A DNA stretch of 63,348 nt, filler included, from Octopus bimaculoides (GCF_001194135.2; 6 parts of 6 records of this genome joined end to end with filler, not necessarily neighbours in it); one strand, 5' to 3'. Shown: positions 26,957 to 39,677, counted from the first letter of the whole stretch. Program-made: numbers and translations. The notes: a model not told the origin generated them from the letters alone.

Positions 26957-27266
26957 CTGCTTGCTTGACTGCCTGTGTAGTTCTTCCACATATTTACCAC
27001 AAATATGCTCAAATTATCGTTATGCAAACACATACATACATGCAAGCATACACAAAGGTATATAAGTGGCGGTTTGGCTTGTGTGTGTACGTGTTTGCGT
27101 GTATGAATACATGCGTGATTGGGTGTTTAATAAAATACACAAATCCCTTTAAACGCATTTATTTGATTAAAATACAGATTTGTTGCGTTCTTTAGAAGTT
27201 TCATTATTATCGTTGCAATATTCCAAATCAATTTCTCCGCTCTTTCTTCATCGCTCTCTCTCTCTT

Positions 27267-27305
<39 letters not shown>

Positions 27306-27321
27306 CACTGTGTTCTCTCTC

Positions 27322-27368
<47 letters not shown>

Positions 27369-27519
27369 NNNNNNNNNNNNNNNNNNNNNNNNNNNNNNNN
27401 NNNNNNNNNNNNNNNNNNNNNNNNNNNNNNNNNNNNNNNNNNNNNNNNNNNNNNNNNNNNNNNNNNNNNNNNNNNNNNNNNNNNNNNNNNNNNNNNNNNN
27501 NNNNNNNNNNNNNNNNNNN

Positions 27520-27561
<42 letters not shown>

Positions 27562-27649
27562 TATAAATGATATATATATATGCATATATACATATATGTA
27601 CATACATACATACATATATATGTATATATATATATATGCATATATGGGT

Positions 27650-27990
27650 ATAGGAAGTCACAAAATGTAAACAACATGAAATGCAAAAGCAACATGAAAT
27701 ACGAAGAGAAACTCGGGTATGCGAACAACGAGAGAAACAAATGGAAAACAAGACAAGTAACATACAGGATGACCCTTCATCAGTTGTCGTCTGTCTATCT
27801 ACTCTTCATTTCGAGCAATCAACGACAATATGAGGTTACGAAAGGCAGTTGCTCCTGCGAACCAACATACAATTTGGAATTTGCAGAGAGTCAAAGTTGG
27901 TAACAAAAGCAGGACTCTGGAGACATACAACAAACCAAACGAAAACGAACATGGAGGGTCATTAGCCCAGACGAGTTAAGATAGCGGACG
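27650..27990 (-). mobile_element. Non-coding repeat between (TA)n tracts, probable Penelope-like pseudo-LTR fragment
   Basis: Flanked by TA repeats on both sides and carries all hammerhead core motifs on the minus strand. The PLE assignment is inferred. Confidence 0.45.
27768..27835 (-). ncRNA. Candidate non-circularly permuted hammerhead ribozyme
   Basis: Minus strand reads CCUCA-UA-UUGUCGU-u-GAUUGCUC-GAAA-UGAAG-(13 nt)-ACGACAA-CUGAUGA-AGGGUCAUC. Stems I, II and III can all form, but the strand order is non-cyclic. Confidence 0.55.
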
Positions 27991-28001
27991 CGATATATAT
28001 A

Positions 28002-28570
28002 CACGAGGTCTGATCCATATGCATCTGGACTGTTGCTATAGTAAATAAACTAAAACAAGCAGAGTGAAGCTGCTTGGCCAAGATTGACCTTGAGCTCTGC
28101 TGTGTATGTGCACAAAGTTTTAACGTTCTAGCTCACTTCTTCGTGACAGAAAGTTGAGCAGAGAATCTGCATCAAATTTTGCCAAAAGGTTGGCTATACC
28201 TGCTCAGAGGCCTACGCAATGTTTTCAAAACGTTTCCATCGGTCTCAACGCAACCAAGGAGATCTTGTATTATTGAAACTCGAGTGTCCTCTGGGTTAGT
28301 TGAAAGCAGTTTTGGCACAAACTTAGCAGGCATGCGCCTTTTACCCGAATCTTAAGTGAGAATTTACTGAACTGAACCGTAAATAATCTTCACATTCTGT
28401 GATAACCCATGGATGATGTTTCGATGATTTCCCCTCACGGCCGCACGCACATCTGCGATGTCTTTCTCAGTTCTGCTGGTTGCGGGTCTCTCAGAATGTT
28501 CGTCAATATTGACATTTCTTCGACCATTTTGGAAACGTCTGAAACACTCGTACACTTGTTTGCGGCTGAA
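28002..28570. mobile_element. Mariner relic with internal inversion (5' part +, following part -)
   Basis: TA+CACGAGGTCTGATC TIR-like start and QRICIKFCQKVG...EAYAM on + (to ~28235). FSRKQVYECFRRF...DEHSERPATS...AKFVPKLL on - (28570 to ~28235). Confidence 0.8.
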
Positions 28571-28575
28571 TACTC

Positions 28576-28714
28576 CAACAAGGATATTCAAGTCTAATGC
28601 AGTACGATCGTCTCATGCGACTCCATTTATTTAAGCATTGTGAGCGTTACGTTGCTTAAATGAATGGAGTCGCATGAAACGATCGTACTGCATTAGCCTT
28701 GCAAATCCTTGTTG
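28576..28714. repeat. 139-nt near-perfect palindrome
   Basis: Arms of ~68 nt centred on 28645. The core 44-bp arms differ at 2 positions. Confidence 0.95.
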
Positions 28715-28844
28715 CTTATTTTGATTTTTAATCGACTTAATTTGGAATTGTTTGGATAATACCATACTTAATTCTGGTGCCTAAACTTAAGTACCATATT
28801 CACCTTGAATCTAAATATATATATATATACATACATACATACAT

Positions 28845-28975
28845 TGGGATATGTAACACACTGCTTAAATTCCAATCTTGAGAAATTAGGTTTCTCAAAG
28901 GCAGAAAGGAGAAAGCTAAGATCTAATCCATCACTGGAACTGTAAAAATCTGAAAAACTTTCAAGAGTCATATCA
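28845..28975 (+). mobile_element. C-terminal fragment of a restriction-like-endonuclease (R2/NeSL-type) LINE
   Basis: LGYVTHCLNSNLEKLGFSKAERRKL then, after a frameshift, SITGTVKI*KTF, the typical end of such ORFs. Confidence 0.45.
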
Positions 28976-30776
28976 TTTAAGTATATATGAGCATGTGTAG
29001 ATATGCAAGTGTATGTATGAGAATACATACATAAAACANNNNNNNNNNNNNNNNNNNNNNNNNNNNNNNNNNNNNNNNNNNNNNNNNNNNNNNNNNNNNN
29101 NNNNNNNNNNNNNNNNNNNNNNNNNNNNNNNNNNNNNNNNNNNNNNNNNNNNNNNNNNNNNNNNNNNNNNNNNNNNNNNNNNNNNNNNNNNNNNNNNNNN
29201 NNNNNNNNNNNNNNNNNNNNNNNNNNNNNNNNNNNNNNNNNNNNNNNNNNNNNNNNNNNNNNNNNNNNNNNNNNNNNNNNNNNNNNNNNNNNNNNNNNNN
29301 NNNNNNNNNNNNNNNNNNNNNNNNNNNNNNNNNNNNNNNNNNNNNNNNNNNNNNNNNNNNNNNNNNNNNNNNNNNNNNNNNNNNNNNNNNNNNNNNNNNN
29401 NNNNNNNNNNNNNNNNNNNNNNNNNNNNNNNNNNNNGTTGATGTCGAAATTCCAATAATGGAGGCTTGTATCTAGGTTAGAAACCAGTTCTTTCTCTATT
29501 GGCCAGAAATCTTGAAATAAAACTGAAAAATGACATACATACATACATACACACACACACATACATACATACATACATACATACACACACACATACACAC
29601 ATACATACATACATACATACACACACATACACACACACATACATGCATATGCGAATAGTTGCTGGAATATTTGAAAGTGCTGGAAACTTTCCGTTGGTCT
29701 TGTAATCGTTGACGTCGAGACATGTTAAGGAAGCACCAAGAGGCCTGAAACGAACTCTTTCTTCCTTTCTTACGTGCGACTACAAGAGATTTGTCTTTGA
29801 TTTATCTTATTGGTTTCTATATTGATATTAACTGATCGAAGGAGTGGTTCTCACTGATGCATACAGTCTTTCTTTCTTCATTTCTGATAGTCCATTGTTT
29901 TGTCGAATATTTGCCTAAAATCCAAAATAATCTGCAGATCACTCAGCAAAAGATTTGTACCGTTTCCTCTAGCAGCATCTAATGTAATCAAACTCTGTTC
30001 TTCTAATTCCGAAATTATTTTACGTTATCCGGGTACCAGCATCTTTCAATGAAAATTTTGAATATTTTATCGATCTACAACAGCTCAGCGACCAATAAGT
30101 GGAAATATCAATTTCCGCTCGTCTGTTTCTAACTGATGTTTATATCTATCATTCTCCGTAGTATTTAAATTATTTAATCCTTTTAACATCTTTATATGTT
30201 TAAAACAGATATTAGAGAAACTTCGAGATACTGACAAAGATGCAAAGTTAAAGATTAGATGCTGTAAGACATTTATTTAAAGCTTGAATAAACTTTAGGC
30301 TGAAACAGCTTTCGTATTTAAGCCTTCTTTCTTAAATGTATTACAGCTACCACACTTTCTCTACATCTCAAACAGATACAAAGCAAATGCATTCATATAA
30401 CTGTAAGTATAGATGGATGGATGGAGGGATGGATGGGTTCAAATATGCAGATAGACCACGTGATACCAGTGACAGCGGAAGTGAGAAAGACGGCATATTT
30501 TAGCTATAATCCCAAATACACCCACACTCGCATACATAATTCTATACGTGAAATATGTGTACGTGTGTCTGTCCATGTATGTATATGTATGTATATTTGT
30601 ATCTAAGTATGTATATCTGTATGTATGTATACAGATATGTGTATACGTATGTGCAGACAGAAACGCAGCTACGTACATCTATACAAATAACATACATTGG
30701 TCATTTACTTTATTGCTTTGCACGTATATGTCCCTATACATATATATACATATGTATATATATGCATGCATATACA

Positions 30777-30821
<45 letters not shown>

Positions 30822-31447
30822 AAACACACACATACACATACACAAACACACATATACACATATCTGTCTATACGTACAGACATACTGTAAACATGCATAC
30901 GTACAATAAACACGTACGAGAGTTCAAGGGGAGTTTTATTACCTAGCGTCTTATTTAATCTCCTCTCGCTCAACCACCAACCACTATCCAGACCGATGAA
31001 TGCTCTTTCTTTCCCATTGTTGTCCCCTGTCAGTCGGTCATAAACTGCTACCCTCACGGCGTTCGATCACTGGCTCTTTGGGGTTTCCGGTTTCTTCTTG
31101 ACGCAGCGTCTGTATGTCTTTTGTTGCCGTAATTGCTTTTGTCCCGCTGCCTAAGTCGACCTTGGATGGGAATAAATTAGCCCTGGCAGCGTCTTAGAAA
31201 GCAGTCGTCACCGCTTCAATGACATTTCTCGCTGGATCTTTATCCAAACACCAATTCTGAGACGTTATTATTAACCAGTCTTAATAGCAATGAGTTTATG
31301 TAAAATAAGACACGTTCACATAGGAACGTATATACAGACATAGACAGACAGACAGACAAACACACACGCGGGACAGCGGGCACACACACACACACACACA
31401 CACACAAGGACATATAAATGAATTTATTTATATGTATGTAATCAATG

Positions 31448-31504
<57 letters not shown>

Positions 31505-31699
31505 TACACACACAAACGTGCATATACAAGACAGACGCATAAACGCATATTTAAGCATTCGTAAAACTATATAAATAAAAGAATACACATGCATTAAGAG
31601 ATCCAGATACGCACATAAATTTGCGTGTATTATGCAGGATTATTCCTCTAAACGCAAAAGTGCCTATGTATGTATGTGAGTGTATGTACATATATGTAC

Positions 31700-31731
<32 letters not shown>

Positions 31732-31828
31732 NNNNNNNNNNNNNNNNNNNNNNNNNNNNNNNNNNNNNNNNATGTATACACACACACACACACATATATA
31801 TATATGTACATGAATGTGTGTGTATTTG

Positions 31829-31859
<31 letters not shown>

Positions 31860-31863
<4 letters not shown>

Positions 31864-32020
31864 ATATATACGACGGGCTTCTTTCAGTTTCCGTCATCCA
31901 AATCCACTCACAAGGCTTTGGTCAGCCCGAGGCTATAGTAGAAGACACTTGCCCAAGGTACCACGCAGTGAGACTGAACCCGGAACCATGTGGTTGGTAA
32001 GCAAGCCACTCCTACGCCTA
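31860..32020 (-). mobile_element. Family A SINE head; further family A heads, tails or full copies at ~35100-35530(+), 40170-40330(+), 41078-41207(-), 41870-42065(+), 42890-43275(+), 43520-43835(-), 44365-44580(-), 46050-46215(-), 46670-47075(+), 47995-48120(+), 48165-49310(-, x3), 49555-49715(+), 50160-50345(+), 60850-61050(+), 61530-61665(+)
   Basis: Near-identical recurrent motifs (GAAACTGAAAGAAGCCC; CACTTGCCCAAGG; GATAGAATAAGTAC). Confidence 0.9.
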
Positions 32021-32249
32021 TGGAGAATTAGTACTCTCTTTTATTGCCACCGAATGGATATGAGGTCAAGATGACTTCGGTGGGATTCGAACACCGAAAG
32101 TGTCCAGTTGGAACAGTTGCACAAGCTATTTTTGTCCCATCATCTGAAGGCTCCCCCATTCCTTGTAGTAAATAACGAAACTATGAAAAATAAAAAGCGG
32201 AATAATGAAAGATGAGATNNNNNNNNNNGAAAGATGAGATAGATAACGG

Positions 32250-32280
<31 letters not shown>

Positions 32281-32789
32281 AAAGCGGGAAAGAAAGATAG
32301 AGCAACACACACACCCACACGCACACACAAGGACATAAACGAGAGGGAAAAAGTAGGGGCGGTCTTGAAGAGGAGACAAGTTATTCGCAATGAAAAATAT
32401 CTAATATGAAATATCATCATGGCGATAAATATCTTATTAGCATTTTCATTACGCCATTTTCTGATCCTGTGATTGCGTTGAATGTGTTTAAAGAAAATTG
32501 TGTTTTGACGTTGTTGTTGCTATTGTTGTAGATGTGGTAATGGTGATGGTTGTCGTTTAGCCTCGGGTCAGCTCCAATAGACCAAATTTACGATTAAAGT
32601 TATTCTTGTAACCATTTCGCCGTCTTTTTTAGGTGTAAGTTCAAGACAGTGGACTGCGATTTTGAAGAATTGTGGCTGCTATTTTTAACAAATCGAGCGA
32701 TCATAATGGTGGTGGTGGAGGGAAGATATGCAGCGGCTTGTGTGTTGATAACGCTGAATATCCCCGAGAACTACGTTAAGAGTACACGT

Positions 32790-32900
32790 GTCTGTGGAGT
32801 GCTCAGCCACTTGCACGTTAATTTCATGAGCAGGCTGTTCCGTTGGTCGGATCAACTGGAACCCTCCACGTCGTAAGCGACGGAGTGCCAACAACAACAA
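32790..32900 (+). mobile_element. LINE/SINE-like 3' end terminating in (AAC)n
   Basis: CACTTGCACGTTAATTTCATGAGCAGGCTGTTCCGTTG.TCGGATC...GCCAACAACAACAA. A reverse fragment lies at ~43465-43520. Confidence 0.55.
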
Positions 32901-33148
32901 TTGCCCAAGGTTACCGTGGTCTTTTCCGTAGGCTTTTCTTTCCACGGATAAACCTAATGTGTTTTTCTCTTTTGTAACATTTATAATATTTTCTGTGATA
33001 CACGAACTCTCTCGATTGGCCCCACGCCTTTTTTCACGATCCCTTTTGATCGAAATTTATTTTTCTCTTTTCTTTTTTTCAAAAAGAAAAGCTCTACATT
33101 GTATTTTGTCTCTTCTGTGTTCGACCCTGTGTGGCTAATAAAGAAACA

Positions 33149-33202
<54 letters not shown>

Positions 33203-33241
33203 ACTATCTATCTATCTGTCTGTCTGTCTATCTATCTATCC

Positions 33242-33303
<62 letters not shown>

Positions 33304-35275
33304 TCACACACACACTCACACACACACACACACACACAATCACACACACACACACACACACACAAAGTTTACATTAAAGCTTGTCAGGGTAATATATATT
33401 AATGAGTGCGTAGTGTTTGTGTTTTTACTATTAACTTTTGAATTATGAAATAATGTATTTCACTCATAATTATTTTATTATTCATTAAATTCAACCGTGT
33501 TTTTGTTTTGGAGATAATTGAAATAAAGCTTTCACTTTCTGTTATTATAGTAACAACTATGGAAGACTAGTGGGATCATTATTTGTACGGACTTAAAGAT
33601 TGGTCGCTATTTAGTATTTAATTTAGTTATTGTAGGTTTACTGTTAATACCGATACAGATTTATGTGTTTCTTTGTGATTTAATTGTGATTTAATTTTAA
33701 AATTAGTGTTTAACCCTGCCTAAATTTGATTGAATACTGTTGTACATAGTGTAATATGTGGAATAGTGTTATAACACATCCTTTTGATAGACGTATGTAT
33801 ATCAAAAGTACATACAGAGCTGGGCGTATTTAACGTTAATCCGTGAATCACTAATTAACGAAGCTAACATTTTCGTTAACGATTTAACTTTTAAGTTAAC
33901 TTTGAAAATCATTATCAGACTAATTAACTTCCGTTATATTTAGTTTCCGTTACAGCGACTGGGACCAGTTGTTAAATAATATACACACTAAACAAAACAT
34001 TGAACGGTCAATAGGAATTTTTCACTTTCGTAAAGGCGACCTTTAATCATATAATCCTAATTTTTCACTACAACACCGAACGATAATTACGATGTTTGAT
34101 CGTAGATATTATACTTTAAATTACCAAGTCTCTCTTAAAAATTATAACAGAACGATGGTAAGTAGTTAACGTTATTGTTCTGGCTCTCTTCTGTGCTCTA
34201 TATTTAGCGAAATGAATGAAAAACCTTTGTGATCCAGTATGGGATTCGCGCTCGATTTACCGAGATTTTAGCGTTGCATTCACAGAGCTTGACATATTGT
34301 AATAGAGACAGTAATAAAATACAAAAATTGTCGGCAATAACAACAACGATAACTGCAGGACTGCCGGAGTAAGAGAGAAAAATTGCGTTAGGTGAAAAGT
34401 CAACTGGACGAGAAGAAGAAGTAAGATTTCCTGATATTACACGCCTGCAGACAGCTAAAGAGCCTGTGGCGAAGTTTCCTTAGTGAATAATTTCCGACTT
34501 GGACAGAGAGCATTTGTGCGACGTCCGCACTAACAATGAACACAATACAACAGTCATACATCATTTTCTTGGGTTACATACAAACATACACACACATATA
34601 TATGCATGTAAGATGTATGTGTTTGTAATTGNNNNNNNNNNNNNNNNNNNNNNNNNNNNNNNNNNNNNNNNNNNNTTAATTAATTAANNNNNNNNNNNNN
34701 NNNNNNNNNNNNNNNNNNNNNNNNNNNNNNNGTGTGTGTAGGGTTTGCCAAAAGTCACCTAAAAGTAAGTCAAAACCATTTAATTCCAAGATTAAAACAA
34801 AAAATAATTTTATATCAGACTTCGCTAATAAATAGACAAATGTTGAAAGAAAATGGTGATTTTAACTGACAGCATTCAATTATTAAACATTCATAATTGG
34901 AATGAATAAATAAAATTCAATATTAAGTATTTATGGAATTTTTGATTTACTGTCGTGACGTTTGGCCGACCCTGTATATACATATTATTGCTATTATTTT
35001 CATTCGACCGTATGGTATTTAACGAAGTAATGTGCCATACACGGAACTCTCAGCATTTGAGTCACTTTGTAGCTTATGTCAATTAAGTATTTTCATAGAC
35101 ACAGGAATGGCTCTATGGTCAAGAAGCTCGCTTTGCAACCTCCTGATTTCAGGTTCAGAGCAATAGTAGAAGACATTTACCCAAGGTGCTAATGGGTAAA
35201 TGTCTAATACGATTGCTCTGGGCCGAACAATGTCTTGTGAATGAATTTGGAAGACAAAAACTGTGTGGAAGCATG

Positions 35276-35326
<51 letters not shown>

Positions 35327-36562
35327 TAAGTTTGCTCCACCACCGCCGTCGCCACCTTTGGCTAGCCGGTGTTGGTTTGTTTTGCGTCCCTGTAACATAG
35401 CGGTTCGGCAAAATTAACGGATAGATTTAGCACCAAACTTAGAAATAGGTACTGAAGAAGAGTTGTTCGAATAAACCCTTCTTTGCGCTGCTCCAGCGTG
35501 GCCTCACTTCAATAACTGAAACAAAAGATACGTGTATATATGTGGATGTATATATATATATTAGACACACGTATCACTTTGTGTATCTCAAAGTTTGTAC
35601 GTGTACACACACACACACACACACACTCAAATACCGAGAGGAGTAAATAAAAACCGACAACACAAGAGTACGATAGATCACCATCAATAGACAAGTCAGA
35701 TTAAAATGAATATGAATAAATAAAAGATAAATAAATAATGTAGAAATAAAAGATAAATAAATAATGAAGTACATGATGGTAAAAGTACAAGAGAGTAGAG
35801 AGAGAAAGAGGAAGGTGAATTATAAAAAGTGAGAGTACAAGAGAAAAGAGAAAGAGTAAAGTACAAGAGGTAGAGAGAAAGTGTAAGATACAGGGAGTAA
35901 ATGACACAGAGAGAGGAAGAAGCGGAGTAAAACTAGATTGAATGGAAGTATAAAGGACAAGGAGAGAGTAAGAGACAGGGAGAGTAGGAGACAGAGAGAG
36001 ATAGTTAAGACAGACAAGGGAGGTGGATTAACTAGATAGAGTTAAAGGATAAAAGAAAGTGAAAGAATAATGTACAAGAGCGTAAGAGACAAAGAGAGAG
36101 TAGGAGACCGATTGAATTAGATAAAGTGAGAGCATCAGGGAAAAGTGAAAGAGTTAGACATTTGACTTGGTGGTGGGGACTGGAATGTGAGAATCGGGTA
36201 GAGGCTGAGACGGGTACGAAGTCAGGACGTGGAGAAAACGGGTGAGGAGTGACGACAGCATGGTTGTAAACATAAACCTAAAAAATACAAACACAAATAG
36301 GAAATGAAAACAAGATCGAAAATAAATGAGGAAAAAAAAGACAACGAGAGAGTTTAAAAGTAAAATGGGAGGGAAAAAAATGCTAGAGGAAAAGAAAATA
36401 AATGAAAACGGACGGGGTGAAGTTGGATGTATAAAGGGTGAGATGAAGTGATTGAGACGAGGAAGTAAATGGAAGCAGAGGGGTTAGGGAAGGGTTTATT
36501 GTGGAGACAACAAAATATGATTTGTCAGTTGAACTGAAGACATTAACAACGAACTGTAAGAG

Positions 36563-36597
<35 letters not shown>

Positions 36598-37844
36598 NNN
36601 NNNNNNNNNNNNNNNNNNNNNNNNNNNNNNNNNNNNNNNNNNNNNNNNNNNNNNNNNNNNNNNNNNNNNNNNNNNNNNNNNNNNNNNNNNNNNNNNNNNN
36701 NNNNNNNNNNNNNNNNNNNNNNNNNNNNNNNNNNNNNNNNNNNNNNNNNNNNNNNNNNNNNNNNNNNNNNNNNNNNNNNNNNNNNNNNNNNNNNNNNNNN
36801 NNNNNNNNNNNNNNNNNNNNNNNNNNNNNNNNNNNNNNNNNNNNNNNNNNNNNNNNNNNNNNNNNNNNNNNNNNNNNNNNNNNNNNNNNNNNNNNNNNNN
36901 NNNNNNNNNNNNNNNNNNNNNNNNNNNNNNNNNNNNNNNNNNNNNNNNNNNNNNNNNNNNNNNNNNNNNNNNNNNNNNNNNNNNNNNNNNNNNNNNNNNN
37001 NNNNNNNNNNNNNNNNNNNNNNNNNNNNNNNNNNNNNNNNNNNNNNNNNNNNNNNNNNNNNNNNNNNNNNTATATATATATATATATATATATATTCTAT
37101 ACTATATATAAAACAGAGATGTGTGTGTAATCGCTTTTCACGTGAAATCGACTTCACCAAATGCTTCCATACTTGTGATGCATGAATAATTTGACCTCGG
37201 ATAAATGTTATGCTCTTCATTTGATTTTTTTAATTAAAAATAAATAATATTGCTTTATATATACCACATTCTATTATGAACCCCTGAGAAATTCCATTAC
37301 AATAAAATTGGCACACCCAATTACTAAGGTTTTGAATACTGGACTTTGGATCTTTGACCTTGGCATTGTCAAAGCAAAGGATCAGATCAATTGACAAAGT
37401 TCTACATAAATGAATAAATTCTAAACAATATTATAACCCCAAATTTAATCAATAAAAATTTTTCCATAACAACCAACTTTAAAAGCCTAATTACTGTTGC
37501 ACACAAACCTACATACCCTAGGAAGATTTTAACTCAACAAAGACTATATAAAGCCAAAATCAACTGCAATGCATTACAGCTCAATAATGGTTTAGTTGGC
37601 TGAAACTTCAAAATCTTTGTAAGAAGGATATATTGGATGTTGTAGTCCTAGAGCATTGGTTCCCAACTGGGATCTCCATAATATTTTGGGGGGTCCATGC
37701 AAGCAAAATATTAAATTGGGGACCCACAGAAGTATATTAAATGTCCCTGAAATTTTTTTATTTTAGATGTATTTATTGCAAAAAACCAACTAAGTTTCTT
37801 CCTCAAATGCTCTACAGAATTCAACGTACACAAGTTAATGTCAT

Positions 37845-38130
37845 CGTTTAAGTCCGTTTTCCATGCTGGCATGGTTTGGACAGTTTGACCAGAGCTGGCA
37901 AGATAAAGAGTTGCACCACGTTCCAGTCTAATTTGACTTGGTTTCTACGCTTGAAGGCTCTTCTTATAAAGTCAGTCACTTTACAGAGTTTGATGGGAGC
38001 TTTTAACGTGGAACCAGCAAGGGCGCTTTCACAAAGCGCTGGTAGAAGTGCTTTTTACATGGCATCAGCATGTATGCCCTTTGCATAGCACTGACACGAG
38101 TGTCTTTTACGTGACACTGGCATGGGCCAA
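37845..38130 (-). mobile_element. RTE-type 3' tail repeat; same family at ~45275-45440(+) and ~59365-59620(+)
   Basis: Shared GATTGGAGCCTGGTGTAGC...CCAACCCATG.CAGCATG.AAA..GGAC.T.AA.GATGA motif. The 45.4-kb copy ends in (GAT)n. Confidence 0.7.
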
Positions 38131-38154
38131 ATGCAAGTAAAATTGGGGATTTAG

Positions 38155-38685
38155 GGATCTTTTTTAAAACGGGGGCCACATTTTTCATTAATGTTTTACG
38201 TAGTGTTTTTGGTACTGAAAGACTTTCAAACTTCGTATACTTATCTATTTTGTGTTATAGAACAGAAAAATATTTTTGTATTCGAATTTATTTCATGTAA
38301 AAANNNNNNNNNNNNNNNNNNNNNNNNNNNNNNNNNNNNNNNNNNNNNNNNNNNNNNNNNNNNNNNNNNNNNNNNNNNNNNNNNNNNNNNNNNNNNNNNN
38401 NNNNNNNNNNNNNNNNNNNNNNNNNNNNNNNNNNNNNNNNNNNNNNNNNNNNNNNNNNNNNNNNNNNNNNNNNNNNNNNNNNNNNNNNNNNNNNNNNNNN
38501 NNNNNNNNNNNNNNNNNNNNNNNNNNNNNNNNNNNNNNNNNNNNNAACATGGAATAACTTAGGGATTTCTTTTTTTTTAAGAAGACTAAGAGAAAAAGAT
38601 GTTTTATATGACACATTCTATCAGTGTTCCAAGTTTCAAAGTGTTTCGTTAATGAAAAATGTGGCCCCCGTTTTAAAAAAGATCC
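38155..38685. mobile_element. MITE with 37-bp perfect inverted repeats (gap inside)
   Basis: GGATCTTTTTTAAAACGGGGGCCACATTTTTCATTAA (38155-38191) and its reverse complement (38649-38685). Confidence 0.9.
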
Positions 38686-38699
38686 GGATTTATCATTTT

Positions 38700-39300
38700 A
38701 CCAGCCATTTCTGTCGTAACCTCTGTCCCCATCACTACCATCACCACCACAATTGCTTCCGCCACCGCTGCTACTACTACTTCTACTACTATTACTATCA
38801 CTACTACTATTACTTTCGCCGTCATTATATGCCGCTACGCCACCACCACTACAAACGCCATTGACTTCACTGGCACTATCCGCTGTCACCACCGTCACCA
38901 TCATCACCATCACATTAATCGTCACAGTCCGCCGCCACCGTCACCACCACCATCACCGTCTTTGCAACCCTACGTTCACTTACCCGTCTAGAATATCATT
39001 ACCATCACCACCAGTACCGCAATCACAATGCCTTCGTCGTCACTATCCGCCATCGTCACTATTACAACCGCCACCACCATCACCCAGAACATCAACACTA
39101 CATCTACCACCTCCACCATTGTCTATGCGTCGATACATTTACTTACCCGTCTACAACATTACCACCACCATCACTATCACAATGCCTACGTCGGCACTAT
39201 CCGCTACCACCACCATCATCTATTCCACCTTACATTCACTTACCCTTCCACTACCACCACCACCACCGATCCGACCCGTACCACCTACATAGAAAACAGT
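38700..39300. repeat. Degenerate (CAC/CAT/TAC)n low-complexity tract with higher-order units
   Basis: Recurring TAC.TT.ACTTACCC.TC.A and CACAATGCCT.CGTCG.CACTATCCGC blocks. Confidence 0.8.
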
Positions 39301-39530
39301 TTTAACTTATGTTACCACACATGTCAAAATCTGGGATTGTTGGCTTCTAGGCCTGACTGGTTGCATGCTCTCGAATTTGGATGGATGGTTGGTTGGTGTT
39401 AGCTGGAGGAAAGTTTTGCTAACATACTTGGGTAGTTTTCGGGACTCGCTTGGGTGAATTCGATGGCCGGATGGATGAGTTGGATAGTTAGTTAGTTAGT
39501 AGTTGGCTGGCGTTAACGGATGGGATAGCC

Positions 39531-39677
39531 GGAATGGCTTCGTGAATGTATGTTGGTGAAATATTGTTTGTTATTTAAGGGTGAGTTTTTACACTCTGTT
39601 TGTCCATGAGTTAAATTAAAAACTCACCCTCAAATAACAAACACTCTTTCACCAACATACATTCACGAAGCTATTCC
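39531..39677. repeat. 147-nt palindrome, 61-bp arms, 25-nt loop
   Basis: 39531-39591 vs the reverse complement of 39617-39677: 4 mismatches. Confidence 0.95.

Noticed and set aside
29440-30200. Further R2/NeSL-like LINE remnants
   Set aside because: Motif hints on both strands are too degraded to call.
38753-39402. Pro/Thr/His-rich ORFs (mucin-like)
   Set aside because: Explained by degenerate trinucleotide repeats, with no splice or start support.
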